The notes under the pieces: generated by a model
The model's input: only the letters and a program-made list of their open reading frames with translations
What the model was told of the DNA's origin: nothing
The model's database searches: none
Shown: positions 51,188 through 61,925 of the stretch, one piece after another
How positions within the stretch are numbered: the stretch's first letter is position 1
Layout of the letters: every line of letters starts with the position of its first letter
Position numbers and translations under genes: made by a program
Source: an uncultured bacterium
GTDB lineage: Bacteria; Spirochaetota; UBA4802; JAGODF01
Reading direction: 5' to 3'
Assembly: GCA_937921485.1 (NCBI GenBank)
Contig: CAKZSV010000016.1
Span: forward strand, 334 to 64,333
Length of the DNA: 64,000 bases

Positions 51188-52578
51188 AAGCGCCGTACCT
51201 TTCCACGATCGGTGAGATTGCGCGCGTCAGCGGCGGAATTCTCCTTTCGGGGGATCCATCGCGCAGAGTGAAATCAATCACCACCGATTCACGCGATCTC
51301 GATGACGATTGCGTTTTTGTACCGATTAAAGGTGTAAAATTCGATGGCCATGATTTTATCGCAGAACTTGTCAGCAGCAGAAAAATCATTGGTTTTCTTA
51401 CTGAGAGAGATGGCTTTACCGATATTGCTTTACGGTATAAAGTGGCGGCAATATTGTGCGATAGCTCTCTTTCAGCATACGGCGCGATTGCGCGGACGCA
51501 TCGCATGATGATGCCCGCGAAGGTGATCGGCATTACGGGCACCAACGGCAAGACCACCACAAAAGAGCTTTTATGGGCGCTTCTCTCGTCCTCATATCGG
51601 TGCCATAAGAACGAAAAGAATTTTAATAATGAAATCGGCGTTCCGCATGCGCTTCTGGGGCTCAGCGCCGACCATGCCTTTGCTGTCATTGAAATGGGCA
51701 TGAATCATGCAGGAGAGATTGCGCGGCTTTCTCATATCGTCCAGCCCGATGTTGCCATCATCACGAGCGTGGGAGAAGGTCATCTTGAGTTTTTAGGCAG
51801 CGTCGAAAACGTGGCAAAAGCGAAAGCGGAGATTATATGCGGGATGAAGCCTGATTCCCTTCTTTATGTAAATGCTGATTCGCCCCATGTTGAAATCGTG
51901 GAGGAAGCGGCGCGCGAGCGCGGAGTGCGCATGAAAACCTTCGCGCTCGATGCGAAAGCGGACATTATGCCGGAAAAAATGTCCCCGGGCGCGCATGAAG
52001 TTGCGATTGTGTATCGGGGAGAATCCTACCGCGCGCCGCTGTATGGGATGCATAATGTCTATAATCTTTTAATTGCGCTTGCAATTGCGCTTGATTTCGG
52101 CGTGACGCCCGCAAAGGCGAAAGAGGCGCTTTCGCGTATTGAACCGGTGGATAAACGAAGTGAAATTATTGAATGCGGCTTCACTGTGATAAACGATACG
52201 TATAATTCAAATCCCCTTTCCGCTGCAAGCGCGCTGATTTCAGCAGAGAGAATCTTTCCCAATGCCCGAAAAATCGCCGTGCTTTCTGATATGAAGGAAC
52301 TTGGCAAAGAGTCTGCGCGCTACCATCGGGAACTTGGGCGGCGTGTTGCCCGGCATGAATTTTTCGCGCTCTACAGTTGGGGAGAGTTTTCGCGCGACAT
52401 CATCGAAGGTGCATGCGAAGCAGGAATGCCGGCAGACAATGCGCGTGATTTTTCCGAAAAAGAAGAGATGATCGCGGCACTTCTGAAAACAGTGAAGCAG
52501 GGTGATGTGGTGTTAATAAAAGGTTCACGATCGATGAAAATGGAGGAGGTGACGGACGCGCTTGTCCGTAAACGCTAA
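51184..52578 (+). CDS. murF: MurF ligase
   Basis: NFNNEIGVP, EMGMNH, NDTYNSNP, KGSR. Confidence 0.96.
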   Translation: MKAPYLSTIGEIARVSGGILLSGDPSRRVKSITTDSRDLDDDCVFVPIKGVKFDGHDFIAELVSSRKIIGFLTERDGFTDIALRYKVAAILCDSSLSAYGAIARTHRMMMPAKVIGITGTNGKTTTKELLWALLSSSYRCHKNEKNFNNEIGVPHALLGLSADHAFAVIEMGMNHAGEIARLSHIVQPDVAIITSVGEGHLEFLGSVENVAKAKAEIICGMKPDSLLYVNADSPHVEIVEEAARERGVRMKTFALDAKADIMPEKMSPGAHEVAIVYRGESYRAPLYGMHNVYNLLIALAIALDFGVTPAKAKEALSRIEPVDKRSEIIECGFTVINDTYNSNPLSAASALISAERIFPNARKIAVLSDMKELGKESARYHRELGRRVARHEFFALYSWGEFSRDIIEGACEAGMPADNARDFSEKEEMIAALLKTVKQGDVVLIKGSRSMKMEEVTDALVRKR

Positions 52579-52580
52579 TT

Positions 52581-53666
52581 ATGCTGTATCATCTGTTATT
52601 GCCTTTTAAAAGCGATGTATCATTTTTACGCCTCTTTGGCTATATTTCATTCCGCTCGGCCTACGCCGCGCTGACCGCGCTGGTGCTGGTGCTTATATTT
52701 GGCCGCTTTGTTATCGCATGGCTGCAGCGGCTCAAGCTGGGCGAGCAGATACGCACGCTCGGCCCGGAAAGCCATAAAACGAAAGCGGGCACGCCCACCA
52801 TGGGTGGGGTCATCATCCTCGGTGCCATCATCATTTCCATCGCGATGTGGGGGAATTTCACGAATTATTATCTCTGGATTTTGCTCGCAGCCACCATTGT
52901 ACTTGGCGCGCTCGGCTTTGCGGACGATTACATTAAAACAGTACTGAAGAAAAAAGGCGGTGTTTCCGCGAAGATGAAAATGGCCGTGCAGATTTCCGTG
53001 GCGCTCGGCGTCGCGATGATGCTGTATTATTATCCTTCAAACGCGCGCCATGCAACCACGCTTTTTGTGCCGTTTGTCAATCAGGCGGTGGCAGATCTTT
53101 CGTGGGCATGGATTGTCCTGGCTGCAATCGTAATCGTGGGAAGCTCGAACGCGGTAAATCTCACCGACGGGCTCGACGGCCTTGCCGCAGGATCGGTGAT
53201 TGCCGTGGCCGGAAGCCTTGCCGTGATGACCTATCTTTCCGGACATGCGCCGATTGCGCAGTATCTTCGGATTCCCTATATTCCGGAAAGCGCGGAACTG
53301 ACGGTGTTTCTCTCGGCGCTGGTTGGCGCAACGATTGGCTTTCTCTGGTTTAACTGCAATCCCGCTTCCGTGTTCATGGGAGATACCGGTTCGCTTGCGC
53401 TGGGCGGAATCATCGGCATTGTGGCGGTGATGATTAAAAAAGAAATTTTTCTTTTCATGGTTGGCGGAGTGTTCGTCATCGAAGCGCTGTCGGTCATCAT
53501 TCAGGTGGCATCGTTTAAGCTGCGCGGCAAGCGCGTGTTTAAAATGGCGCCGATTCATCATCACTTCGAGCTTTCGGGCTGGCCGGAGCAGAAAGTGGTG
53601 GTGAGGATGTGGATTCTTGGAATCATTCTTGCAATATTGGGCTTGAGTTCGCTGAAAATTTTATAG
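52581..53666 (+). CDS. mraY: Phospho-MurNAc-pentapeptide transferase
   Basis: GTPTMGG, NAVNLTDGLDGL, FMGDTGS, APIHHHFE. Confidence 0.98.
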   Translation: MLYHLLLPFKSDVSFLRLFGYISFRSAYAALTALVLVLIFGRFVIAWLQRLKLGEQIRTLGPESHKTKAGTPTMGGVIILGAIIISIAMWGNFTNYYLWILLAATIVLGALGFADDYIKTVLKKKGGVSAKMKMAVQISVALGVAMMLYYYPSNARHATTLFVPFVNQAVADLSWAWIVLAAIVIVGSSNAVNLTDGLDGLAAGSVIAVAGSLAVMTYLSGHAPIAQYLRIPYIPESAELTVFLSALVGATIGFLWFNCNPASVFMGDTGSLALGGIIGIVAVMIKKEIFLFMVGGVFVIEALSVIIQVASFKLRGKRVFKMAPIHHHFELSGWPEQKVVVRMWILGIILAILGLSSLKIL

Positions 53667-53673
53667 AAAAAAT

Positions 53674-55062
53674 ATGCTGCAATTAAAAGGAAATAAAGCG
53701 GTTGTGGTGGGGCTGGGATACCGAACCGGCCTTGCAACCTGTAATTTTTTAGCACAGCGCGGCTTTGCGGTAACAGGGAATGATATAAAATCTCTGGATG
53801 AGCTTGGAAGCGTGATAGAGAAGATGAATCCCTCTGTCCGTATTATTGCAGGAATGCAGTCGCCGGACATTCTTGCCGAAGGCTTTGATTTCCTGGTCAT
53901 AAGCCCCGGCGTTCCGCGCACCATTCCGCTTATCCGCGAAGCGGAAGCACGAGGAATCCCCGTGATTGCGGAAATTGAGCTTGCCTACCGCTATATGAAA
54001 GGGTACATTGTGGGCATCACCGGCACCGACGGAAAATCGACAACGACCTCACTTGTGGGGCATGTCTTGTCCGGGCTTGGCATACACACGCTGGTGGGTG
54101 GCAATATCGGCATTCCGCTCATTTCTCTTGTCGATGAAACCGGCGATAATTCCGTTTCCGTCATCGAACTTTCTTCCTTTCAGCTTGAAACAATCGATGC
54201 GTTTCGTCCGCATGCAGCTGCAATGCTCAATATCACTCCCGATCATCTGGACCGATATACAAACATGGATGAGTACACCGCAGCAAAGATGCGCATCGCA
54301 AAAAATCAGACCGCTGATGATGCATTTGTGTACTATCGTGATGATGCGCGCATCGCGCGATTTTTGGACAGCGTTGGGGCGAAAAAATTCGGTTTTTCCC
54401 TTGCTGATGATGATGCGGATGCATTTTTGCGCGACGATGCAATCCATATGCGGTGGAATGGGATTGTCCAGCGCATTTTAGATACACGCGCAATGAAGCT
54501 GGTCGGGCGCCACAACGCCCTCAACGCAATGGCTGCCATGCTGATGGCGTGCGCAATACTGCGGCGGATGGACATAGAAATTGATGAGCAACGTATTGCG
54601 CGTCTTATAGCTGATTTTCCAGGCCTTCCGCACCGGATGGAAAGGCTCGGCGAGTTTGAAGGAAGAACATTCATTAATGATTCAAAGGCGACCACTGTTG
54701 GTGCGGTTGAAATGGCGCTTGAAGGTTTTCGCGGGAACGCGGTGCTCATTCTGGGCGGGCGCACGAAGGGCGATGATTATTCCCGGCTTGCGAAAAAATT
54801 GGAGGGAAAAATCAGGGCGCTGGTGCTTCTGGGCGAGTCGAAGAATGAATTTTCGAAACTATTTGCGTCATTTTCCCCGCTCATTGCCGATTCGCTCGAG
54901 GATGCGGTGCGCCTTGCAATGCAAGCAAGCCGACCCGGGGATGCGATACTGCTTTCGCCCGCATGCGCGTCGTTTGACATGTTTCGAAGCTATGAGCACC
55001 GCGGTGAAGTGTTCAGAAGTATTTTTGAAGGACTCAAAAAGGGTGATATCAGATGGACGTGA
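53674..55062 (+). CDS. murD: MurD ligase
   Basis: ISPGVP, GGNIG, ELSSFQLE, NDSKAT, LLSPACASFD. Confidence 0.97.
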   Translation: MLQLKGNKAVVVGLGYRTGLATCNFLAQRGFAVTGNDIKSLDELGSVIEKMNPSVRIIAGMQSPDILAEGFDFLVISPGVPRTIPLIREAEARGIPVIAEIELAYRYMKGYIVGITGTDGKSTTTSLVGHVLSGLGIHTLVGGNIGIPLISLVDETGDNSVSVIELSSFQLETIDAFRPHAAAMLNITPDHLDRYTNMDEYTAAKMRIAKNQTADDAFVYYRDDARIARFLDSVGAKKFGFSLADDDADAFLRDDAIHMRWNGIVQRILDTRAMKLVGRHNALNAMAAMLMACAILRRMDIEIDEQRIARLIADFPGLPHRMERLGEFEGRTFINDSKATTVGAVEMALEGFRGNAVLILGGRTKGDDYSRLAKKLEGKIRALVLLGESKNEFSKLFASFSPLIADSLEDAVRLAMQASRPGDAILLSPACASFDMFRSYEHRGEVFRSIFEGLKKGDIRWT

Positions 55063-56213
55063 AAGACTACATCGATACTCGACGAGTTCATGAGCCGGAT
55101 TTCATGCTATTCCTGACGATATTCGTGCTGGCAGGAATCGGGCTTGCCATGAGCTACAGCGCCAGCGCGGCGTACGCGCAGCGGGTATTTCATGATTCAT
55201 TTTACTTTTTGAAGCGCCAATTTCTCTGGTGCGCGCTCGGGTTTTCAGCGCTGTATTTTTTTCAGCGCGTCGATTATCGTGAGTACGCGAAATATACCAA
55301 AATCATGCTGTTTGTGTTGCTCTTTGCGCTCATCCTTGTGTTTGTGCCGGGAATAGGAAAAAATGTCAAGGGTTCAGCGCGCTGGCTTGGCATGGGGCCT
55401 CTTTCGTTTCAGCCTGCCGAGTTTGTAAAGGTCTTCCTTGTCATCTATCTTGCCAAGGTGTTTTCCGCCGAGCATGAAACCGTCATCAGCAATGTCCTGC
55501 GGCTTCTGGTGCCGATGCTCATCACCGCGATTGTCTTTGTTCTGGTGCTTTTACAGCCGGATTTCAGCACTGCCATAAACATACTTCTGGTTTCGGTGCT
55601 CATGCTCTTCGTTTCAGGGTTTCCGTTCGCCTATCTTCTGACGCTTGGGCTTATCAGCGTTCCGATGTTTTATCTTCTCATCTATCAGGTTTCATACCGC
55701 AGAGCGCGTTTGCTTGCATTTTTCAATCCATGGGAGCATCGTTTCGGGATAGGCTATCATGTGATTCAATCGTTCATCGCGTTTAAGCTGGGAGGCTTTT
55801 CCGGAGTGGGGCTTGGAAACGGCACTCAGAAAATTCAGCGCCTCCCTGAACCGCATACCGATTTTATTTTCGCGGTCATAGCCGAAGAAGCCGGGCTGGC
55901 GGGTACGGCGCTTGTGCTGTTTCTTTTCTGCCTCTTTGGATTGCGCGGTATAAAAATCGCGCTGCATGCGCCCGACGAGTTTGGAAGACTTTTAGCGGTC
56001 GGACTTACCCTTCTTGTGTCGATTCAGGCCTTCATTAATATCGCGGTAGTGAGCGGTAGGCTTCCGGCCACAGGAATTCCTCTTCCCCTCATCAGCTATG
56101 GAGGCTCTTCCTTTATTTCGACGATGATTGCATGCGGCATTCTTTTGAATATATCCCGCTATAGAGAAGCGGTAATTGAAGAAGTCAAACTTGCGGGGGA
56201 AGAAGCGCTATGA
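55053..56213 (+). CDS. ftsW: SEDS glycosyltransferase FtsW
   Basis: FQPAEF, QPDF, LPEPHTDFIF, LPLISYGGSS. Confidence 0.96.
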   Translation: MDVKDYIDTRRVHEPDFMLFLTIFVLAGIGLAMSYSASAAYAQRVFHDSFYFLKRQFLWCALGFSALYFFQRVDYREYAKYTKIMLFVLLFALILVFVPGIGKNVKGSARWLGMGPLSFQPAEFVKVFLVIYLAKVFSAEHETVISNVLRLLVPMLITAIVFVLVLLQPDFSTAINILLVSVLMLFVSGFPFAYLLTLGLISVPMFYLLIYQVSYRRARLLAFFNPWEHRFGIGYHVIQSFIAFKLGGFSGVGLGNGTQKIQRLPEPHTDFIFAVIAEEAGLAGTALVLFLFCLFGLRGIKIALHAPDEFGRLLAVGLTLLVSIQAFINIAVVSGRLPATGIPLPLISYGGSSFISTMIACGILLNISRYREAVIEEVKLAGEEAL

Positions 56214-57325
56214 CGACAATGCGGATACTCATCGTTGCGGGCGGCACGGGAGGGCATATCAGCCCGGGTATCGCGCTGTACGAAGAATGTAAAGCGCGGG
56301 GAGCTGACGTGCGGCTGCTCATGAGCAGGAAAGACGCGCGGTTTACATACGTGAAAGAGCCTGGCAGCGATATTCTGTATTATTCAGCGCCGCCGTTTGG
56401 AAAAAATCCGTTTGCACTTTTAGCGTTTCCGATTCGGTTTGCGTTTGCGGTTTTTATTTCAAAGAGAATCCTGAAGAAATACTCAATTGAAGCAGTGGTA
56501 GGCATGGGCGGGTATGTGTCGGCGCCGATGCTGTATGCCGCCCGCAGGAAGAAAGTGCCCTTCTATCTCTGCGAGCAGAATTCCGTGCCGGGAAAAGTGA
56601 CGAGATATTTTTCCCGTTATGCAGAAGCCGTCTTCTCTACGTTTGAAAACGCGCGCACGCATCTTCCGGTGGTGAAGAAATTCCTGTGTACGGGTAATCC
56701 TATCCGGAAAAAAATCTTCGAAGCGGAAGACAGGGAGCGCGCACGTGCGGCATTTAATATGAGGCACTGCAAGAAAGTAATTCTCGCCATCGGCGGCAGT
56801 CAGGGGGCGGTGAAAATAAACGAACTGGTGGTGGGGCTGAAGAAAGCCTATCCGCGCGAATTCAAGGATGTGGGCATCATCTGGAGCACGGGGGAATTTT
56901 CATACGAAAGCTACAAGAAGCGCCTTCAGGAAGAAGATATTGCGGGCTCGGTGTTTCTCTCGCCGTTTATCGCCAATGTTCAGACGGCCTATCGCGCCAG
57001 CGATATCGCTATAAGCAGAGCGGGAGCCGGCGTTATGATGGAACTGGCGGCGATGGGCGTGCCCTCAATTCTCATACCATATCCGTTTGCCGCTGACAAC
57101 CACCAGGATGGCAATGCCGATGAATTCGCCCAGGCTGGTGCCGCGATTAAAATTTCAAATGAAGATGCCACGGCGGAAAAGGTTGCGCCGGTGCTTCTGG
57201 ATTTGCTGAATAATCCCATGAAGCTCGAACGGATGCGGCAGGCCGCGCTTGCTGTCGCAAAGAAGAACGCCGCGGCGGATATTGCCGAAATTGTGATGAA
57301 AAAAACAGGAGCCGTACATGTTTAG
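56210..57325 (+). CDS. murG: MurG glycosyltransferase
   Basis: GGTGGH, GGY, EQN, GNPIR, GGSQGA. Confidence 0.96.
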   Translation: MTTMRILIVAGGTGGHISPGIALYEECKARGADVRLLMSRKDARFTYVKEPGSDILYYSAPPFGKNPFALLAFPIRFAFAVFISKRILKKYSIEAVVGMGGYVSAPMLYAARRKKVPFYLCEQNSVPGKVTRYFSRYAEAVFSTFENARTHLPVVKKFLCTGNPIRKKIFEAEDRERARAAFNMRHCKKVILAIGGSQGAVKINELVVGLKKAYPREFKDVGIIWSTGEFSYESYKKRLQEEDIAGSVFLSPFIANVQTAYRASDIAISRAGAGVMMELAAMGVPSILIPYPFAADNHQDGNADEFAQAGAAIKISNEDATAEKVAPVLLDLLNNPMKLERMRQAALAVAKKNAAADIAEIVMKKTGAVHV

Positions 57326-58700
57326 AAAATCGAAAAGAATGCATTTCATCGGCATCGGCGGTATCGGCATGAGCGGTATCGCAGAGATACTGGTGAATTT
57401 GGGCTATGAAGTGTCCGGTTCCGACCTTCGTGAATCGGAGCAGACCAGGCGGCTGGCGCAGCTTGGCGTGAAAATTTTCATCGGCCATTATCCGTCAAAC
57501 ATCGGCGATTATCATGTCGTGGTGACTTCATCGGCGATTCATCCGAACAATCCCGAACTGCTCGAAGCAAAAAAGAGAAAAATCCCGGTTATTCATCGCT
57601 CGGAGATGCTGGCGGAGCTTGTGAGGCTCAAACACGGGATCGGCATTGCGGGCACGCACGGCAAGACGACTACGTCATCTCTGCTTGCGTGGGTGCTCGA
57701 ATTCGGAGGGCTCAACCCCACTTCAGTAGTTGGCGGGAAGGTGCTCAATTTCGGTTCCAATGCGCGCATCGGGCAGGGGCAGTACCTTGTGTTCGAAGCC
57801 GATGAATCAGACGGGTCTTTTTTAAAACTTCTTCCTTCAATTGCGATTGTGACGAATATCGACGCAGACCATCTCGATCACTATAAATATTTCGAAGGGC
57901 TGAAGGAAGCGTTTCTTGAGTATATTAATAACATTCCTTTTTATGGATATTCAGTCCTCTGTCTCGATGATCCGATAATTGCGGAGCTTTTGCCGAAGGT
58001 GGAGCGCCCTTTTATGACATACGGCCTTTCGGAAGGTGCTGATTTCAGAGCCGCGAATGTCGGAATGCAGGACGGAAAGACGCTCTATGAGGTGTATTAC
58101 CGCGGCGAAAAACAGGGAACGATTGCGCTGGGGCTTATTGGCACGCATAATGTGGTAAATTCATTGGCGGTGATTGCCGTTTCGCTCGAACTGGGACTTT
58201 CCTTTGAAACGATACGGGAAGGATTCGCGCAATTCAAAGGCGTGGGAAGGCGGCTTGAACGCATCGAGCAGGTCGGCAGCATCACAATCATGGATGATTA
58301 CGGCCATCACCCCACTGAAGTGCGCGCCACCCTTGAGGCGCTCTCGAAGCTTGGGCGCAGAATTGTGGTGATATTCCAGCCCCACCGCTTCAGCCGTACC
58401 CAGCTTTTATGGGACGATTTCGGTTCGGCGTTTGCGCATGCGGATGAGATCTTTCTCACGGAAATATATCCGGCCGGGGAGGAGCCCATCGAAGGAGTGA
58501 ATTCCGGCCTTATACGCAGTGCAATTCAAAAGCATGAAGGCAGGGATGTTTTAATCATTTCGAAATTTGAAGAAATTCCCGATTATATAAGTAAGATAGT
58601 CCGCGAAGGGGATGTGGTGCTCACCCTGGGTGCGGGGGATATTTATAAGGCGGGACCGATGATTGCAAAGGCACTCAAACGGGAAAGGGGAACGGCGTGA
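57318..58700 (+). CDS. murC: MurC ligase
   Basis: GIGGIGMSG, GTHGKTTT, EADESD, DDYGHHPTE. Confidence 0.97.
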   Translation: MFRKSKRMHFIGIGGIGMSGIAEILVNLGYEVSGSDLRESEQTRRLAQLGVKIFIGHYPSNIGDYHVVVTSSAIHPNNPELLEAKKRKIPVIHRSEMLAELVRLKHGIGIAGTHGKTTTSSLLAWVLEFGGLNPTSVVGGKVLNFGSNARIGQGQYLVFEADESDGSFLKLLPSIAIVTNIDADHLDHYKYFEGLKEAFLEYINNIPFYGYSVLCLDDPIIAELLPKVERPFMTYGLSEGADFRAANVGMQDGKTLYEVYYRGEKQGTIALGLIGTHNVVNSLAVIAVSLELGLSFETIREGFAQFKGVGRRLERIEQVGSITIMDDYGHHPTEVRATLEALSKLGRRIVVIFQPHRFSRTQLLWDDFGSAFAHADEIFLTEIYPAGEEPIEGVNSGLIRSAIQKHEGRDVLIISKFEEIPDYISKIVREGDVVLTLGAGDIYKAGPMIAKALKRERGTA

Positions 58701-59392
58701 TGGCTCATCGAAGATTTCTCTACATTTCGATAGCCGGTGCACTCTTTCTTGGGGCATTTGTATCGCTGTGGGGCGAAACGGTTGATGTGCGCAGGGTGGA
58801 ATTCAAAGGGCTGAAGTACCTTTCACCCCGTGAGATAATGGAGCAGGTACGCTTTGTGAAGAATAATGAAATGATGCGAATCGACATGACTTCTTTGAAA
58901 GAAGTGCTTGCAAAAACTGCGATGGTGCGCGCAAGCTCGATTGCGGTTTTTGAAGAAAAGCTCATCGTCACTGTGACCGAGCGGGAGCCGGCGCATGTGT
59001 GCGCGGTGGTGAAAGCCAATGAAACCATCACGTTTGAGCTCGATGATTCGCTTTCAGTTGTTTCTGTGAGGAACATACACCGCAGCGATGTGCCGGTCGT
59101 TGTGTTGCAGGAAGAAGACCTTCCCGGAGGAAAGCTTTCGGCACGGGCAATTGAGCTATTCAAAGGTTTGTCGGTTTTAAAGAAACATCATGCTGAACTG
59201 TACCGGGAGCTTTCCGAAGTGAAGTTCCGGCCCGATGGCGTGTACGAGATTCGCCTCAAAGGGAGAAATACGAAAATCATTGTACAGGATTCGGCTTTTT
59301 CGACCCTGAAATATATTGTTTCGGCACTTGACGAGAAAAAATACTATCCGGGCACGCTGTGGGTTGGCAGCGGTTTCGGAGTGATAAAGTAA
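58697..59392 (+). CDS. ftsQ: FtsQ/DivIB-like protein
   Basis: TM plus POTRA-like region, VTEREP; located before ftsA. Confidence 0.78.
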   Translation: MMAHRRFLYISIAGALFLGAFVSLWGETVDVRRVEFKGLKYLSPREIMEQVRFVKNNEMMRIDMTSLKEVLAKTAMVRASSIAVFEEKLIVTVTEREPAHVCAVVKANETITFELDDSLSVVSVRNIHRSDVPVVVLQEEDLPGGKLSARAIELFKGLSVLKKHHAELYRELSEVKFRPDGVYEIRLKGRNTKIIVQDSAFSTLKYIVSALDEKKYYPGTLWVGSGFGVIK

Positions 59393-59401
59393 TCGGGAGA
59401 C

Positions 59402-60637
59402 GTGATGATGGAAGGCATTGTGGTGGGGCTTGATCTTGGAACCACGAAAACCTGCGCGGTGATCGGCTTTCGCAATGAGCACGGCCAGATCGAAATCGCG
59501 GGCGTGGGTGTTGCGCCGTCAAAGGGGCTGAAAAACGGCGTCATTGTGAATATCGACAACACCGTCGCTTCCATCGTCAAATCAATCGAAGACGCGGAAC
59601 TCATGGCGGGGTGCGAAGTGAGTTCGGTGTATGTGGGCATCACCGGCGTTCATGTGAAAGGCGAGAATCAGCGAGGGGTTGTGGCAATATCGAACAGAAG
59701 CCGGCTTGTCAATGCCGCCGAAGTGAAGCGCGTCTTCGAGGCAGCCCAGGCGATCAAGGTACCCGCCGACAGAGAAATTGTACATGTGCTTTCAAAGGAA
59801 TTTGCGGTGGACGATCAGAGCGGTATCAAAGACCCCATCGGGATGAGCGGCGTGCGGCTCGAAGCGGAAGTGCACATCATCACGGCTGCAACGACGAGCA
59901 TTCAGAATGTCATTAAATCCGTGCATAAGGCGGGATTCCAGTGTTCCGATGTGATTTTTTCGCCGCTTGCTTCATCGGAGGCATGCCTCACGCAGGACGA
60001 GAAAGATCTGGGCGTGGCGCTCATCGATGTGGGGGGCGGCACGAGCGATATTATGGTGTTCATCGAAGGAGGAGTGGCGCATTCCTCGGTGCTTCCGGTG
60101 GGCGGCATTCATGTTACCAACGATATTTCCATCGGGCTGATGACTCCGCTTGAGGCTGCGGAAGTCATTAAAAAGAAGCACGGGTGCGCGGCGGTGGATC
60201 TGGTCGATGCCTCGGAAACGATTGAAGTGCCGTCGGTCGGCGGACGGGCGCCGCGAAGGCTTTTCCGGCAGGAACTCGCACAGATCATCGAGCCGAGGAT
60301 GATGGAGATCATGGAGATGATCGACCGTGAGCTGACCGCAAGCGGCAAGAAAGAGCTTCTCGCGGCAGGTATTGTGCTCACCGGCGGGGGGAGCATGCTC
60401 GACGGATGCGTTGAGATAGCGGAACGCGTGTTCAATTTACCGGTGCGCATCGCTGTTCCCCGCGATATTGCAGGGCTGAAAGACGAAGTCTCCACGCCGC
60501 AATTTTCCCACGGGGTGGGACTGGTGAAGTACGGCATTCTCAAGGAAATATTCAGGGCAGGGAAGATGCAGGAAAGGAAGGGCGGCATCAAGAGTATCGG
60601 AACGCGCATTTTTAAATGGCTCGAGCAGTACTTGTAA
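59402..60637 (+). CDS. ftsA: Cell division protein FtsA
   Basis: GLDLGTTK, GMSGVRLE, IDVGGGT, VLTGGG. Confidence 0.97.
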   Translation: MMMEGIVVGLDLGTTKTCAVIGFRNEHGQIEIAGVGVAPSKGLKNGVIVNIDNTVASIVKSIEDAELMAGCEVSSVYVGITGVHVKGENQRGVVAISNRSRLVNAAEVKRVFEAAQAIKVPADREIVHVLSKEFAVDDQSGIKDPIGMSGVRLEAEVHIITAATTSIQNVIKSVHKAGFQCSDVIFSPLASSEACLTQDEKDLGVALIDVGGGTSDIMVFIEGGVAHSSVLPVGGIHVTNDISIGLMTPLEAAEVIKKKHGCAAVDLVDASETIEVPSVGGRAPRRLFRQELAQIIEPRMMEIMEMIDRELTASGKKELLAAGIVLTGGGSMLDGCVEIAERVFNLPVRIAVPRDIAGLKDEVSTPQFSHGVGLVKYGILKEIFRAGKMQERKGGIKSIGTRIFKWLEQYL

Positions 60638-60698
60638 ATTTTTTATTATTTGATGTGACATAAGACTAAGCACAATTTTACCGAAATGGGGGGACCGT

Positions 60699-61871
60699 AT
60701 GTTCAGGATGGAAGAAGAGAAGGAATTGACCACCATCATCAAGGTGGTCGGCGTGGGGGGCGCCGGTACCAATGCGGTGAATCGCATGATTGCGACCGGA
60801 ATGGAAGGCGTCGAGTTTATTGTCGTCAACACCGATGCGCAGCAGCTTAAGAGCTCTCTTGCCAGGGAAAAAATCCAGATTGGCTGCAAGCTCACAAGGG
60901 GGCTTGGCGCGGGAGCCGATCCGGAAGTGGGGCGCGAAGCCGCGAACGAAGACCGCGATAAGATAACAAAAGCCCTCAAAGGGGCCGACATGGTCTTCAT
61001 CACGGCCGGCATGGGAGGCGGTACCGGAACGGGCGCAGCGCCGATTGTCGCCGAAATTGCGAAGGAGCAGGGTGCGCTTGTGGTCGGCGTGGTGACCAAG
61101 CCGTTCCGCGTGGAAGGAAGGCGCCGCATGACTCAGGCGGAACAGGGAATCGCAAATATAAAAGAAAAGGTCGATACGCTCATCACGATTCCCAACGATC
61201 TTTTACTTAAAATTATCGACCGTAAAACGCCGATTGACGATGCGTTCAAACTTGCCGACGATATTCTTCGCCAGGGCGTTCAGGGCATTTCCGACATCAT
61301 TATGGTCACGGGCCTGGTGAACGTAGATTTTGCCGATGTGCGCACGGTGATGAAAGAAACCGGCGATGCGCTTATGGGTGTGGGTCTGGGCTTCGGCGAA
61401 AATAAGGCAATTGAGGCGACCCAGATGGCCATTAACAGCCCGCTTCTTGAAGAAACGAGCATCCATGGCGCCAAGGCGGTCCTCATCAATATTGCGGGCG
61501 GAAACGATCTTTCTCTGCACGAAGTGAATGAGGTGAACGATCTCGTCACGAAGCAGGTGGATCCAGAAGCGAATATCATTTTCGGTACCACCATCGATCC
61601 CGCGCTCGACGATAAAGTCAGGGTTACCGTCATCGCGACCGGTTTCGACAGGAAAAAGAATATGCTGGTGAAAGGGAGCGATGCGGATCTTGATCGCCGC
61701 ACGGGCGCGACGCTGAAACTTGTGGAGAACAAGGAAAGCGCGGGAGAGCCCCGGCGCAGGGTGGCTGCGGTTGGCCGAACCTTCAGGCCCGATTATGATA
61801 GCCAGCGGTTTTTCGAAAGCGCGAAGGATGATCTGGAAATACCGGCGTTCCTTCGCCGATCTCAGGATTAA
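60699..61871 (+). CDS. ftsZ: Cell division protein FtsZ
   Basis: [23 protein letters not shown]-terminus. Confidence 0.99.
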   Translation: MFRMEEEKELTTIIKVVGVGGAGTNAVNRMIATGMEGVEFIVVNTDAQQLKSSLAREKIQIGCKLTRGLGAGADPEVGREAANEDRDKITKALKGADMVFITAGMGGGTGTGAAPIVAEIAKEQGALVVGVVTKPFRVEGRRRMTQAEQGIANIKEKVDTLITIPNDLLLKIIDRKTPIDDAFKLADDILRQGVQGISDIIMVTGLVNVDFADVRTVMKETGDALMGVGLGFGENKAIEATQMAINSPLLEETSIHGAKAVLINIAGGNDLSLHEVNEVNDLVTKQVDPEANIIFGTTIDPALDDKVRVTVIATGFDRKKNMLVKGSDADLDRRTGATLKLVENKESAGEPRRRVAAVGRTFRPDYDSQRFFESAKDDLEIPAFLRRSQD

Positions 61872-61925
61872 TATGCTCTGTCCCCCCGGCCGGGGCGCGA
61901 TGCGCCCCGGCTCATTATTTGCACG